A stretch of 64,000 bases of DNA, taken from Candidatus Hydrogenedentota bacterium. GTDB taxonomy: Bacteria; Hydrogenedentota; Hydrogenedentia; Hydrogenedentales; SLHB01. A program made the position numbers and the translations under genes. The stretch spans positions 32,001 through 96,000 of the forward strand of contig BTVY01000014.1 in assembly GCA_045863335.1 (NCBI GenBank), read 5' to 3'. Numbering within the stretch: position 1 is the first letter of the stretch; each line of letters begins with the position of its first letter. Below the pieces are notes generated by a model. The model saw only the letters and a program-made list of their open reading frames with translations. It did no database searches and was not told where the DNA came from. Shown here in pieces: positions 1-9,949 of the stretch.

Positions 1-23
1 CCTGGGTTTGGGCAATATGATTG

Positions 24-2069
24 CTATTCAGCCGGTGCGTCGGGTGTTTCCACGGGTGCCGCATCTGCCGGTCTTTCCTGCGGGGTCGTGTCCGCTGGTG
101 CTGCCGATTCCGGGGTCGTTACCTCGACGTCCGTCGTGATGTTGGCTGCGCCGTCCTGCCCAGGCATGGTTACTTTCACGGTGGGCTCATCGATCGTGAT
201 GGTCCCGCCATCTTCCGTGGGGGCGTCGCCTGCCGGTTCCGGCTCATTGAGGCCGAGCGCCTCCATGAACGCCGCTTGATTCACAGGATAAGGCGTCGTT
301 TCCCGCAGGGCACGAAGCCGGTCGTCGAGCCGACCTTGGCGCGCCATGTCATACGCCATTCGTCGCATGGACTGCTCCGCCTCCGGCCATTCCTCCTCCC
401 ACATTTCCTCGGTCGGCGGGGTGCGCCCCGCGACTTCCAGGAAGTAGGTGTCGCCGACCATGTCCGTGAGGGGGCCGGCCAGAGCGCCGACTTCCTTTTC
501 ACCAACGGCTGCATAGAGGTCGCGCGGCATCCAGGGCGGCGCAGAACCGAAGCTGAAATCTTTTAGCGAGTAATCTTCCGCGGTCTCGATCGTGGCGTTC
601 ATGTCGGGGAACATGGCCGGAATGTCGTCAAGCGAGTTCGCCTGCTCTTCAATCTGGTCTACAGCTTCCTGTACGCGAGCGGCATATTCCGGCGAACGGC
701 GCATCTCGGCGATGGTGCGTTCACGGACCTTATCGCGCACCGCCTCGAGCGGTTGCGGCTGCGGGGCTTCGTAACCGATGATCTTGGCAACATAGAGGTT
801 CTCGCGACCCGACACCACATTCGACACTGCGCCTTCATCCACCGCGGAAAGCGTGGCGCGGAAGAAACGCGCGTCGTCAGACAGAACGTTCTCGATAGTC
901 AGAGAGTCCGTCGAGAACATGTCGGTTTCCTTGACTTCCAGCCCGTATTCCGACGCGACGGCAGCGAGGTCCTTGGATTCCTGTGCCTTCGTCGCGATTT
1001 CTTCCGCTTTGGCACGGCGCGCTTCCATTTCTTCCGGGTCGAGTGCAGCGCGCAACACGATCTCACGGGCCTTGACGTCGCGCTGGCCGCTCAGTTCGCT
1101 CGTTCGCTCCTCATCGACTTTGTAAATGTAGTAGCCGGCAGGTCCCTTGACCGGTTCGCTTACGTCGCCCGGCTGAAGCGCGAACAGGACTTTCTGATAC
1201 TCGGGCAACGACAGACTTTCGGCAATCCAGCCGATGTCGCCGCCGTCTTCCTTTGTATCACCTTCGGAGAACTCCTTGGCCAACTCGGCAAAATCCTCTC
1301 CGGCGCGGGCGCGTTCGACGAGTTCATCCGCGAGGGGTGGCGTCGGCGCGGCAATCGGGATCGCTACGAACGCCGCTTTCCGTTTCGCGGGGAGGCTGAA
1401 CGCATCCGAGTTTTCATCATACGTGGCCTGGATCTCTGCGTCGGTCGGCTCGATGGGAGGCTCGATCTTGACGTACCGCAAGTCGAGCGTCGTGTTTTCC
1501 TTCTCGAACTGTTCGCGCAGTTCCGATTCGAGGACTCGCCCGGAGGCCATGAGCCGTTCAAGGTAGAGCTCCCGCCCGACCTGACTCCTGAGACTCTCGT
1601 AGATGGCATTCCAGTTTACGTCGCCGCGCTCGACCACGTCGTTCCAGGCCCGGGGATCGAAATTACCGTTTTGATCCTGGAACTCGGGCAGTTCCTTCAT
1701 GCGCTCGGTGAGGTATTCCTGATCGATGTCATACCCCTGGGCCGCGGCTTGTTTCGTAACGATGTCGCGGCTAACCAGCGATTCGAGTACGCGCAATGCC
1801 GTGCCGTCCGCCATCATCTGTTCCACGGAAGGCTGGCGGCCGAACTGGGCCATGCGATCCCGTTCCACGTAGAGCGCCTGGCGGAAATCATCCGCTGTGA
1901 TGGTCATTTCCCCGGATACGATTGGTTCGGGGCCGTAGTTGGCCGCGTCATCTCCGGAGCCTGCGCCGAAAGACCCGCCCCACAGCACGAAAGGACCGAC
2001 AATGAGAACGAGAATGATCCACAACAACAAACGCCGGTGCTTGCGCATCAGGTCCTGAACGATGAACAT
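24..2069 (-). CDS. PpiD/SurA-like membrane-anchored parvulin-type peptidyl-prolyl isomerase/chaperone
   Basis: N-terminal TM helix (LLLWIILVLIVGPFVLWG), SurA_N-like region, rotamase motif FAELAKEFS..DGGDIGWI, acidic Pro/Thr/Ala-rich tail. Confidence 0.85.
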   Translation of the reverse strand: MFIVQDLMRKHRRLLLWIILVLIVGPFVLWGGSFGAGSGDDAANYGPEPIVSGEMTITADDFRQALYVERDRMAQFGRQPSVEQMMADGTALRVLESLVSRDIVTKQAAAQGYDIDQEYLTERMKELPEFQDQNGNFDPRAWNDVVERGDVNWNAIYESLRSQVGRELYLERLMASGRVLESELREQFEKENTTLDLRYVKIEPPIEPTDAEIQATYDENSDAFSLPAKRKAAFVAIPIAAPTPPLADELVERARAGEDFAELAKEFSEGDTKEDGGDIGWIAESLSLPEYQKVLFALQPGDVSEPVKGPAGYYIYKVDEERTSELSGQRDVKAREIVLRAALDPEEMEARRAKAEEIATKAQESKDLAAVASEYGLEVKETDMFSTDSLTIENVLSDDARFFRATLSAVDEGAVSNVVSGRENLYVAKIIGYEAPQPQPLEAVRDKVRERTIAEMRRSPEYAARVQEAVDQIEEQANSLDDIPAMFPDMNATIETAEDYSLKDFSFGSAPPWMPRDLYAAVGEKEVGALAGPLTDMVGDTYFLEVAGRTPPTEEMWEEEWPEAEQSMRRMAYDMARQGRLDDRLRALRETTPYPVNQAAFMEALGLNEPEPAGDAPTEDGGTITIDEPTVKVTMPGQDGAANITTDVEVTTPESAAPADTTPQERPADAAPVETPDAPAE

Positions 2070-2212
2070 GGATAGGAGACTCCTTCGAAAGACGACGCCA
2101 ACGTATGAAAAGTGCGAGGAACAAAAGATTCATGCCTTCGCCCGTAACCGGAGGAGCTTAGCAAATGGCGGGCGGAACGCGCAACCAAGCTGCGAAAATC
2201 GGGCTTCGGCCT

Positions 2213-2242
2213 TTGACACATCGCGCCGCCGGGTGCTAGACT
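2213..2242 (+). promoter_or_regulatory. sigma70-type promoter of the pilT-like gene
   Basis: TTGACA (2213-2218), 18-nt spacer ending in TGc, TAGACT (2237-2242). Confidence 0.6.
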
Positions 2243-2297
2243 CCCGCGATTTTTTTCCACGATAAACCGGCCAATCGAGTAGAGGACTGCCTCTCCC

Positions 2298-3794
2298 ATG
2301 TCACTTGTAATCGGCACCAATTCCCGGAGCACCATCCTTGACGTGTTCCGCACCGGCGTTCATGAAGTCATCCGCAAAATGGGACTGCCTGTCGAACTGA
2401 ACTTCAAGTCCGACCACACGGAAATGGTCGCGCGTTCCAAGGATTTTGGCAAACGTGTGGACTATTATCGAATCGACTTCCCCTTGAAGGAAGGCGTCGA
2501 ACCCGAATCCATACGAAGCCAACTCGAAACCGCGCGTATTCCGAACCAGGTAAAGGTCAACGAGGGCCGGTGTTCGCTGATTCTACCTCCTTTTGAGTGG
2601 ACGCAGATTCAGCAACTCGCCCCGGTGGACAAGATCGTCCAGGAGAACGCGGCGCACACGCTCCGATCGCGCTCCTGGCAAGTCAGCATTCAGTCGTTCC
2701 GCCGCTTCGATTTCAACATCAACATCCTTATCGAAGAGATGATGCAGAACAAGGGCTCGGACATTCACCTGCGCGCGGGCGCGCCACCATATATGCGCAT
2801 CGATGGCGATCTGAAGCCCCTCGACCTTCCGCCGCTCAGCGCCGACGACATGCGCGAAGTGGTGTTCCAACTGGGCGGCCAACAGCAGGTGGATCAGTTG
2901 GAGACCGAAAAAGAAAGCAGCTTCCAATACCACCTCGCCGGTATCGCGTATTTGCGGTGCAGTGGCTACATCAAGATGGGCGCCATGGGACTCGCGATCC
3001 GGTTCATTCCTGAGGAGCCAATCCCGTTTGAGGACTTAAACCTTCCCAGCCACGTGCGTGATATCGCCGACGCCCATCGCGGGCTGTTCCTCGTATGCGG
3101 CGTTACCGGTAGCGGCAAGTCGACCACTCTCGCCGCCATGGTCGATCACATCAACGCGACGCGGCACGCGCACATCATCACGACAGAAGATCCCATCGAG
3201 TTCGTGTATTCGGACAAGAAGAGCATTGTGTCGCAGCGGCAGGTGGGGCGCGACACGTACTCGTTTGCGAATGCCCTGCGCGGCGCCTTGCGCGAAGACC
3301 CCGACGTCGTGCTGGTGGGCGAAATGCGCGACCGCGAAACGATCCGCGCGGCCATCAGTGCAGCATCGACGGGTCACCTGGTGTTGAGCACGCTGCATAC
3401 CATGACCGCGGTGGACACGGTGAACCGCATCATCAGCTACTTCCCCAACGACGAGCGCGACGTGATTCGCCAGGAGTTGGCGTACACGCTGAAAGGCGTT
3501 TGCTGCCAGCGTCTGTTGAAGAAGGTCGGTGGCGGACGCATCCCGTGCATCGAGCTGCTGCTCTGCAACCTGCCCATGGTGCGCGACGCCATCCTCGAAG
3601 GCGACATACAACGCCTGTACAACGTCATTGAAGTCGATTCCGAAATGAAGAGTTTCGACCAGTACGCGGTGGAGTTGTACAAGAAGGGGCTGGTCACGCG
3701 TGAGGAAGCCGTGTCGGCGTGTAGCGATGAGGAGGCGTTCCAGCGCGTCATCACGGGTATTAAAGGAACCGAAGGCCGCAAGCTGCTGAAGTAG
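2298..3794 (+). CDS. pilT: PilT/PilU family type IV pilus retraction ATPase with N-terminal extension
   Basis: SDIHL, Walker A GVTGSGKS, EDPIE Asp box, Walker B LVGEMRD, His box TGHLVLSTLH; GAGGA RBS upstream. Confidence 0.85.
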   Translation: MSLVIGTNSRSTILDVFRTGVHEVIRKMGLPVELNFKSDHTEMVARSKDFGKRVDYYRIDFPLKEGVEPESIRSQLETARIPNQVKVNEGRCSLILPPFEWTQIQQLAPVDKIVQENAAHTLRSRSWQVSIQSFRRFDFNINILIEEMMQNKGSDIHLRAGAPPYMRIDGDLKPLDLPPLSADDMREVVFQLGGQQQVDQLETEKESSFQYHLAGIAYLRCSGYIKMGAMGLAIRFIPEEPIPFEDLNLPSHVRDIADAHRGLFLVCGVTGSGKSTTLAAMVDHINATRHAHIITTEDPIEFVYSDKKSIVSQRQVGRDTYSFANALRGALREDPDVVLVGEMRDRETIRAAISAASTGHLVLSTLHTMTAVDTVNRIISYFPNDERDVIRQELAYTLKGVCCQRLLKKVGGGRIPCIELLLCNLPMVRDAILEGDIQRLYNVIEVDSEMKSFDQYAVELYKKGLVTREEAVSACSDEEAFQRVITGIKGTEGRKLLK

Positions 3795-3820
3795 GCCCCG
3801 CATGTTCGCGGATGGAACGG

Positions 3821-6445
3821 TCAAGCCCGGCAGCGGACCATCTGGCAGATCAGGTTTGCCACAAGACCGGTCCAGCCGGTTTGATGATTCGCGCCGAGCC
3901 CGCCGCCCGTGTCGCCGTTGAAGTACTCGTAGAACCAGAATTTGTCCATCCAGTCGGGGCCGGAAAAGAGCGGCGCGTGCTGCCCCCAGAACGGCCTGCC
4001 CTCGTCTCCGTGTTGAAAGATTCGTATCATCCGCCGCGACAACTCGTTGGCGACTTCCTCCAAGGTCACTTCGTTCCCCGATCCGCTGGGGCATTCCACG
4101 GTGAACCGCGGTCCCCAAAAGGCATGGTATCGCTTGAGCGCGTCGATGATCAGATAGTTCACGGGAAACCATATCGGACCCCGCCAATTCGAGTTGCCGC
4201 CGAATAGGGAGCTGGCCGACTCGGCCGGTTCGTACTTCACTTCCGCGCGATACCCGTTCGATTCGAAGACGTACGGATGCTCCAGGTGATGCCGCGAGAG
4301 CGAGCGGATGCCGTAGTCTGACAAGAATTCGTTTTCGTCCAGCATGACGCGCAAGATGCGGCGCAACCGGTCTTGATTGAGGAGCGAAAGACAGCAACGC
4401 CCGGACTCGTGAGGTTCGAAGATGCAGGAAATGCTGCTGGTCAGATCGGGGCGGTGCTCGTAGAACCAATTCATGCGGCGGGCGAAATCGGGAGTCGTTT
4501 TCAGTTTTCCGTGGTCGATGATTTCGACGGCAAGTAGCGGTATCAACCCGACGATGGACCGTAGGCGAATTGGTTCGCGCCGGCCGTCCTCGAATCGGAT
4601 TTGGTCGTAAAAGAAGTTGTCCTCCGGATGCCAGAGGGATTGCCCGGTGCCGTCGATGTTGTAGATGGCATTGGCGATGTAGAGGAAGTGCTCGAAAAAC
4701 TTCGAGGCCGTATCCTCGTAGGCCTTGCTGGTGCCGGTAAGTTCCCAGGCCATGGTGAGCATGCGCAGCGAGTACATGGCCATCCAGCTTGTGGCGTCGC
4801 TCTGTTCAAGCACGCCGCCGGTGGGCAGCGGCTTGCTTCGGTCGAACACGCCGATGTTATCCATCCCGAGAAAGCCGCCGTTGAAGATGTTGTCGCCTTT
4901 GTCGTCCTTGCGATTCACCCACCACGTGAAATTCATGAGGAGTTTCTGAAAAACCGCTTCCAGGAATCGTGTATCGCCTTTGCCGGCGGCTTCGCGTTCC
5001 ATGCGGTAAACCTGAAACGCGGCCCAGGCATGAACCGGTGGATTGGCGTCGGAGAAATTCCATTCGTACGCGGGCAGTTCGCCGTTGGGATGCATGTACC
5101 ATTCCCGCGTGAACAGTTCGATTTGGCGTTTCGCAAACGCGGGATCGATGAGGGCATGCGTCACCGCGTGAAAGGCCGAGTCCCATACGGCGAACCAGGG
5201 GTACTCCCACTTGTCTGGCATGGACAGCACGTCGTCAGTGTAAACGTGCTTCCAATCGTCGTTGCGGACCGTGTTGCGGTTGGGTGGAGGCATCGTGGGA
5301 TCGCCTTTGAGCCAGGTCTCCACCACGTAGTGGTAAAACTGCTTGTTCCAAATCATCCCCGCGAATGCTTGACGCGCGATACGACGTTCATCGTCCGCCA
5401 CCGACTCCGGTATTGCCGCATCGTAGAAGTCGTCGGCCTCGCGAATCGCCTTGGCGATGCAACGTTGCAGAGATTGCTTTGTGGCCGTGTTGGCATCGCT
5501 TCGCGCAAGTTGCAGCAGGAGAGTTCGCGATGCGCCAGGCTCAAGGTCCACCGTGTGACGCGCAGCGCACTTGGTCCCCCCGTCACGCGCAATCCCATGC
5601 TCCTCGCCGCGGACGATGTACCGGTGGATTCCATCTTTGACGTGCTCCGTTGGATTCTCTGCCTGATACAGCCGTTGCCGGTTCGTCTCGTTTTCCGTAA
5701 ACACAATCTCTTCGCAGTCCGGCGCCCAGAACCGGTATGGGCCAAGCGTGTCGTGAATCACCGTAACCGTGTGAGCATCTTCCAACGACAAGGAGGGACG
5801 GAACGCGCGCTCGGTCCACGCCCAGGTGTTACGAAACCATAGCGTCGGAAGGATCGTGAGTTGTGCCGATGCCGAACTGCGATTGGTTATGGTGATGCGG
5901 ATCGCAATGTCTTCCGGCGCCGCTTTGGCGTATTCGATCTGGATATCGTAGAAGCGGCCGTCGTTGAACACGCCTGTGTCCACTAGCTCGAATTCCGGCT
6001 GCGTCTTCGTGCGGCGGCGGCTCTCCCCGGCAAGGAGTTCATAGGGAAACCCGTCGATGGGATAACGGTACAGATACTTCAAGTAACTGTGCGAAGGCGT
6101 TGCGTCAAGATACCAGTAACATTCCTTCACATCCTCGCCCTGGTTGCCGCCGTGGTTGGAAACTCCATAGAGCCGTTCTTTGAGGATGTCGTCTTGCCCG
6201 TTCCACAAGGCGATGGCAAAGCAGAGCCGCTGATGGTTGTCGCTGATCCCGGCAATGCCGTCCTCGCCCCATCGATACGTGTAGGAGCGGGCCATGTCAT
6301 GCGTGACGTATCGCCACGCGTCGCCGTCGGCGGAGTAATCCTCGCGCACGGTGCCCCATTGGCGTTCGGCCAGGTAGGGTCCCCACTTTCGCCAGTGCTT
6401 CTTGCGCGTTGCCGCTTCACGCAGTCGCCGTTCTTCCGCGGTCAT
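3821..6445 (-). CDS. GH63-like glucosidase (MGH1-like glycoside hydrolase)
   Basis: WGPYLAERQWGTVREDYS, SMPDKWEYPWFAVWD, NWRGPIW and HQTGWTG motifs typical of this family. Confidence 0.85.
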   Translation of the reverse strand: MTAEERRLREAATRKKHWRKWGPYLAERQWGTVREDYSADGDAWRYVTHDMARSYTYRWGEDGIAGISDNHQRLCFAIALWNGQDDILKERLYGVSNHGGNQGEDVKECYWYLDATPSHSYLKYLYRYPIDGFPYELLAGESRRRTKTQPEFELVDTGVFNDGRFYDIQIEYAKAAPEDIAIRITITNRSSASAQLTILPTLWFRNTWAWTERAFRPSLSLEDAHTVTVIHDTLGPYRFWAPDCEEIVFTENETNRQRLYQAENPTEHVKDGIHRYIVRGEEHGIARDGGTKCAARHTVDLEPGASRTLLLQLARSDANTATKQSLQRCIAKAIREADDFYDAAIPESVADDERRIARQAFAGMIWNKQFYHYVVETWLKGDPTMPPPNRNTVRNDDWKHVYTDDVLSMPDKWEYPWFAVWDSAFHAVTHALIDPAFAKRQIELFTREWYMHPNGELPAYEWNFSDANPPVHAWAAFQVYRMEREAAGKGDTRFLEAVFQKLLMNFTWWVNRKDDKGDNIFNGGFLGMDNIGVFDRSKPLPTGGVLEQSDATSWMAMYSLRMLTMAWELTGTSKAYEDTASKFFEHFLYIANAIYNIDGTGQSLWHPEDNFFYDQIRFEDGRREPIRLRSIVGLIPLLAVEIIDHGKLKTTPDFARRMNWFYEHRPDLTSSISCIFEPHESGRCCLSLLNQDRLRRILRVMLDENEFLSDYGIRSLSRHHLEHPYVFESNGYRAEVKYEPAESASSLFGGNSNWRGPIWFPVNYLIIDALKRYHAFWGPRFTVECPSGSGNEVTLEEVANELSRRMIRIFQHGDEGRPFWGQHAPLFSGPDWMDKFWFYEYFNGDTGGGLGANHQTGWTGLVANLICQMVRCRA

Positions 6446-6534
6446 CGTCGGTACTCCATGAGAATGTCAAACGCCGGGACGGAATCGCCGTTACAAGATG
6501 GATTCGATACCGCCGCGATCTCGTGTCGCGCGGT

Positions 6535-8175
6535 TCAGCCTCGGAAGTAGATGAGAACGCCGGTCACAACAATCAACAAGACAACCGTAAGACCCAGGTT
6601 CAGCCGTTTGCCTCTTGCCTCGAGTTCGATTCCCTCGATAGCGGCCTCTTTCTCAACCGTCTGGAACGTGAGGCCGCGCAGTTGTTCGTTGGGCACGGGC
6701 CGGGTCAACAGACTGACGACGACCAGGATCCCGGTGCATACCGCAAAGAGCACGAGGGCGAAATGAAGGAAATTGATGGTGGCGATGTAAAAGAGCAGGC
6801 CGTCGCCCAGGCTGCCCTTATTCAGCTCGAGCACGAGTCGCCCCATGCCCAACACGAACCCGGATACCATGGCAGCCATGGCGCCCGCGCCGTTGACGCG
6901 CTTGAAAAAGATGCCGAAGAGGAACACCGCCGCGATGGGCGGCGCGATATAGGCCTGTACGCTTTGGAGATACTGGTAGAGTTGTCCGGAGATATAACTC
7001 ATGAATGGAATCCAGGCAAGACCCAAGACAACCATCACGATGGTCGAGATTTGCCCGACCCACACCAGCCGTCGCTCAGACGCTTCCGGATGCAGCTTCT
7101 TGTAGATGTCCAGTGTGACCAGGGTCGAACATGAATTGAATACCGAAGACAACGAACTCATCAGGGCGGCGAGCAATCCGCCGACGACCAGGCCCCGAAT
7201 CCCCACCGGAAGCAGTGCGCCGACAAGCACCGGCAACGCGTGATCCGGCGCGTCGAGGGCGAGTTGACCTGACTTGGCCAAGGCATACGCGATGACGCCG
7301 GGGATGACGAAAATGAAAAGCGGCAGCACTTTCAGGTAGCCCGCGAAAATCGCGCCGCGACGGGCTTGTTCCACGTTCGGCGCGGACAGGACGCGCTGGA
7401 CGATGAACTGGTCGGTGCACCAATACCAGACGCCGAGAATGGGCGCGCCGAACACGATGCCGGTCCAGGGGAAAGCGGGATCGGACATGGGCTTCCACAA
7501 GCTGAAGAACTCCGGCCCGGCCGCTTGGTGCAGTGCGTTCCAGCCGCCAATCTTGTCCAGTCCGATGATGGTGACCGCGATGCCGCCGGCGACGAGCACG
7601 AACATTTGGAACATGTCCGTATACAACACCGCGCGGAGACCGCCAAAGACGGTGTAAATGCCGGTCGCGATCACCACGATTAAAGCGCCAGTCCAGAAAT
7701 TGATGCCCATGAGGGACTCGAAGACAATTCCGCCCGCATAGATGGAAACCGAGATCTTGGTGAGCACGTAGCCGACGATGGAAATCAGCGCGAGGTACCA
7801 GCGCGTCGCTGGCGAATAACGGCGTTCGAGAAATTCCGGCATGGTGTAGACGCCGCTCTTGATGTAGAAGGGGACGAAGACCCATCCAAGCACGAGCAGG
7901 AGGAACGACGCGAGGATCTCGAACTGGCCCACCGCGACGCCGCTCGCCGCGCCCGTGCCCGCTAGGCCGACGAGGTGTTCGGACCCGATGTTGGACGCGA
8001 AGAGCGAAGCGCCGATGACGAACCATCCCACGTGACGTCCCGCAAGAAAGTAATCGGCCGAAGTATCACGGGTGTGATCCTTCCAGGTCGACCAGATTGC
8101 CACACCGAAGACGGCGACAAAATACGCCCCGATGACCACCCAATCCACCGCTACCAGCGATCCGCCCGATTCCAT
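6535..8175 (-). CDS. sodium:solute (sugar) symporter, SSS family
   Basis: YFLAGR, ASLFASNIGSEHLVGLAG, WYWCTDQFIVQR; many TM helices. Confidence 0.92.
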   Translation of the reverse strand: MESGGSLVAVDWVVIGAYFVAVFGVAIWSTWKDHTRDTSADYFLAGRHVGWFVIGASLFASNIGSEHLVGLAGTGAASGVAVGQFEILASFLLLVLGWVFVPFYIKSGVYTMPEFLERRYSPATRWYLALISIVGYVLTKISVSIYAGGIVFESLMGINFWTGALIVVIATGIYTVFGGLRAVLYTDMFQMFVLVAGGIAVTIIGLDKIGGWNALHQAAGPEFFSLWKPMSDPAFPWTGIVFGAPILGVWYWCTDQFIVQRVLSAPNVEQARRGAIFAGYLKVLPLFIFVIPGVIAYALAKSGQLALDAPDHALPVLVGALLPVGIRGLVVGGLLAALMSSLSSVFNSCSTLVTLDIYKKLHPEASERRLVWVGQISTIVMVVLGLAWIPFMSYISGQLYQYLQSVQAYIAPPIAAVFLFGIFFKRVNGAGAMAAMVSGFVLGMGRLVLELNKGSLGDGLLFYIATINFLHFALVLFAVCTGILVVVSLLTRPVPNEQLRGLTFQTVEKEAAIEGIELEARGKRLNLGLTVVLLIVVTGVLIYFRG

Positions 8176-8363
8176 ATTGGCTCCTCTCCGCCGTTTGCGC
8201 GCATTACATCCCGCGAGCCACCATCGTAGGCGGCGGCGCGGTACGCTTCAAGGCAACAATACATGGCGCGGATAAGTGTGCTAGACTCGCGGTCTACCCA
8301 GCAGGGGCAACGGAAATCGGCAAAGCCGCGGCAGGCGGTCCTAACGGATAGGAAGTCGACATC

Positions 8364-9329
8364 ATGAACAAGCGGTCGTTTAGTTGGTCACTCCTCGCTC
8401 TGGTCTGTGCCACGATTCTTTTCAACGGATGCGGCGACCCGGACAAAAACAAGCTGATCTTCAAGCCGGAAGTCAACGTCGCGCGAAACGTCAACGTCTC
8501 CGACGCCATGACGATGAGCATGAACCTCATGGGCATGGAGATGACGATAGGCAATACGAAGGACACGACCTACATCATGACGCCGAAGGCCGTTGACGAA
8601 GCCGGCAACGTGACGCTGGATGTGACCTACGATCGCATCGACACCGAAGTGACCGGACTTGATAGTCTGTTGGGCGGCGCGAACATGCCGAACGTACCCG
8701 GCCTGGAAGATCCCATGGGCGTCACGGCCATGGAGAAGGCCTTGGAGGTTATGAAGGGAGAAACCTTCACCCTCCGCGTGAGCCGGTTCGGCGAAGTGCT
8801 TGGCGTGGAGGGCGCCGATTCCATCGCGGCGAAAGTGGCCGATGCCTACGATTCGCCGGCCCATATCCCCGGCGCCGACATGAAGGCCTCCCTGCGGCAA
8901 GGGCTGGGTGATTCTGGCACCGTGGAACTCATGAAGCAGATCTTCATGAAAGCGCCCGACCAGGCGTTGAATCCCGGCGATTCATGGCAGGAGACGATTA
9001 CGCGCGATGACTTGGCGATTCCGACAAACATTACTTCAACCATTACCGTGGGCGGGCGTGATGCTGGCATCCTCACGCTGAACAGCGTGGATCAGTACAA
9101 CTTCGACTTCACCAAAGGCCCTCTCGGGAAGGCAATGACGTCGGGCAGCGCGAGCGCGACGCTCTCCGGCGAGGGCAGCGGCACGGCCGAGTACGAGGAA
9201 GCGACGGGCTGGCCTCGGAAGTTTGTGTCCACGGCCAAGGCTTCGGGAAGCATGTCGCCCGCGGCGGGCATCAGTTTCCCCATGGAGATCTCTGCGAAAA
9301 GCGAGGTCGCTTCGTATGCGAGCCCGTGA
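8364..9329 (+). CDS. hypothetical lipoprotein (DUF6263-like)
   Basis: signal peptide with lipobox-like FNGC; PGDSW and ATGW motifs, beta-rich sequence. Confidence 0.6.
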   Translation: MNKRSFSWSLLALVCATILFNGCGDPDKNKLIFKPEVNVARNVNVSDAMTMSMNLMGMEMTIGNTKDTTYIMTPKAVDEAGNVTLDVTYDRIDTEVTGLDSLLGGANMPNVPGLEDPMGVTAMEKALEVMKGETFTLRVSRFGEVLGVEGADSIAAKVADAYDSPAHIPGADMKASLRQGLGDSGTVELMKQIFMKAPDQALNPGDSWQETITRDDLAIPTNITSTITVGGRDAGILTLNSVDQYNFDFTKGPLGKAMTSGSASATLSGEGSGTAEYEEATGWPRKFVSTAKASGSMSPAAGISFPMEISAKSEVASYASP

Positions 9330-9931
9330 GCGACGATCAGATTAAATCTACCGAGACGTTGGAATCCCTGCTGGCCGAGGTGCGAGCATGCCGGATATGT
9401 GACGGCGTCCTGCCCTTAGGGCCGCGGCCTGTCCTGCGCGCATCGGTTTCGGCGCGCATTCTCATTGTGGGGCAGGCCCCCGGCACGCGCGTGCACGAAA
9501 CCGGCACTCCATGGAACGATCCCAGTGGCGACCGGCTGCGATCCTGGATGAATGTGGACCGCGAAACCTTCTACGACGAAGGGCGCATCGCAATCATCCC
9601 CATGGGGTACTGCTATCCGGGCCGCAACCCCCGCGGCGGGGATTTGCCGCCTCGTCCGGAATGCGCTCGGCATTGGCTGGACCGGCTGCTGGCGCAGTTG
9701 CCGGAGATTCGATTGACCATCCTCGCGGGGCAGTACGCGCAGCGCCATTACCTCGCAGACCGCATGAAAAAGACGCTGACCGAGACCGTCCGCGCGTGGC
9801 GGGAGTATTTCCCCGAGTACCTGCCGACGCCGCATCCTTCGCCACGCAACACCTATTGGTTGCAGCAGAACCCCTGGTTTGAGAATGAGGCCGTGCCCGC
9901 GCTGCGCGAGCGCGTAAAGCGGTTCTTGTGA
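9326..9931 (+). CDS. uracil-DNA glycosylase superfamily protein
   Basis: CRIC, GQAPG, WNDPSGDRLRSW, CYPG, PHPSPRN; GTGA overlap with upstream stop. Confidence 0.9.
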   Translation: MSDDQIKSTETLESLLAEVRACRICDGVLPLGPRPVLRASVSARILIVGQAPGTRVHETGTPWNDPSGDRLRSWMNVDRETFYDEGRIAIIPMGYCYPGRNPRGGDLPPRPECARHWLDRLLAQLPEIRLTILAGQYAQRHYLADRMKKTLTETVRAWREYFPEYLPTPHPSPRNTYWLQQNPWFENEAVPALRERVKRFL

Positions 9932-9949
9932 CCCCGGTCGGAAAGATCC

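Noticed and set aside
753-2075. 440-aa + strand ORF, and similar long ORFs at 3036-4469, 4601-5842, 15452-16600, 20309-21955, 42542-43948, 57813-58922, 60012-61124 and 62075-63448
   Set aside because: They lie antisense to well-supported genes and show no recognisable motifs; long shadow ORFs are expected in GC-rich DNA.
8296-8355. GGCAA..GAAA..GCAAAGCC..CCTAA..GATAG resembling a c-di-GMP-I riboswitch
   Set aside because: The first stem is too short and the closing complementary strand is missing; a cmscan hit would be needed.
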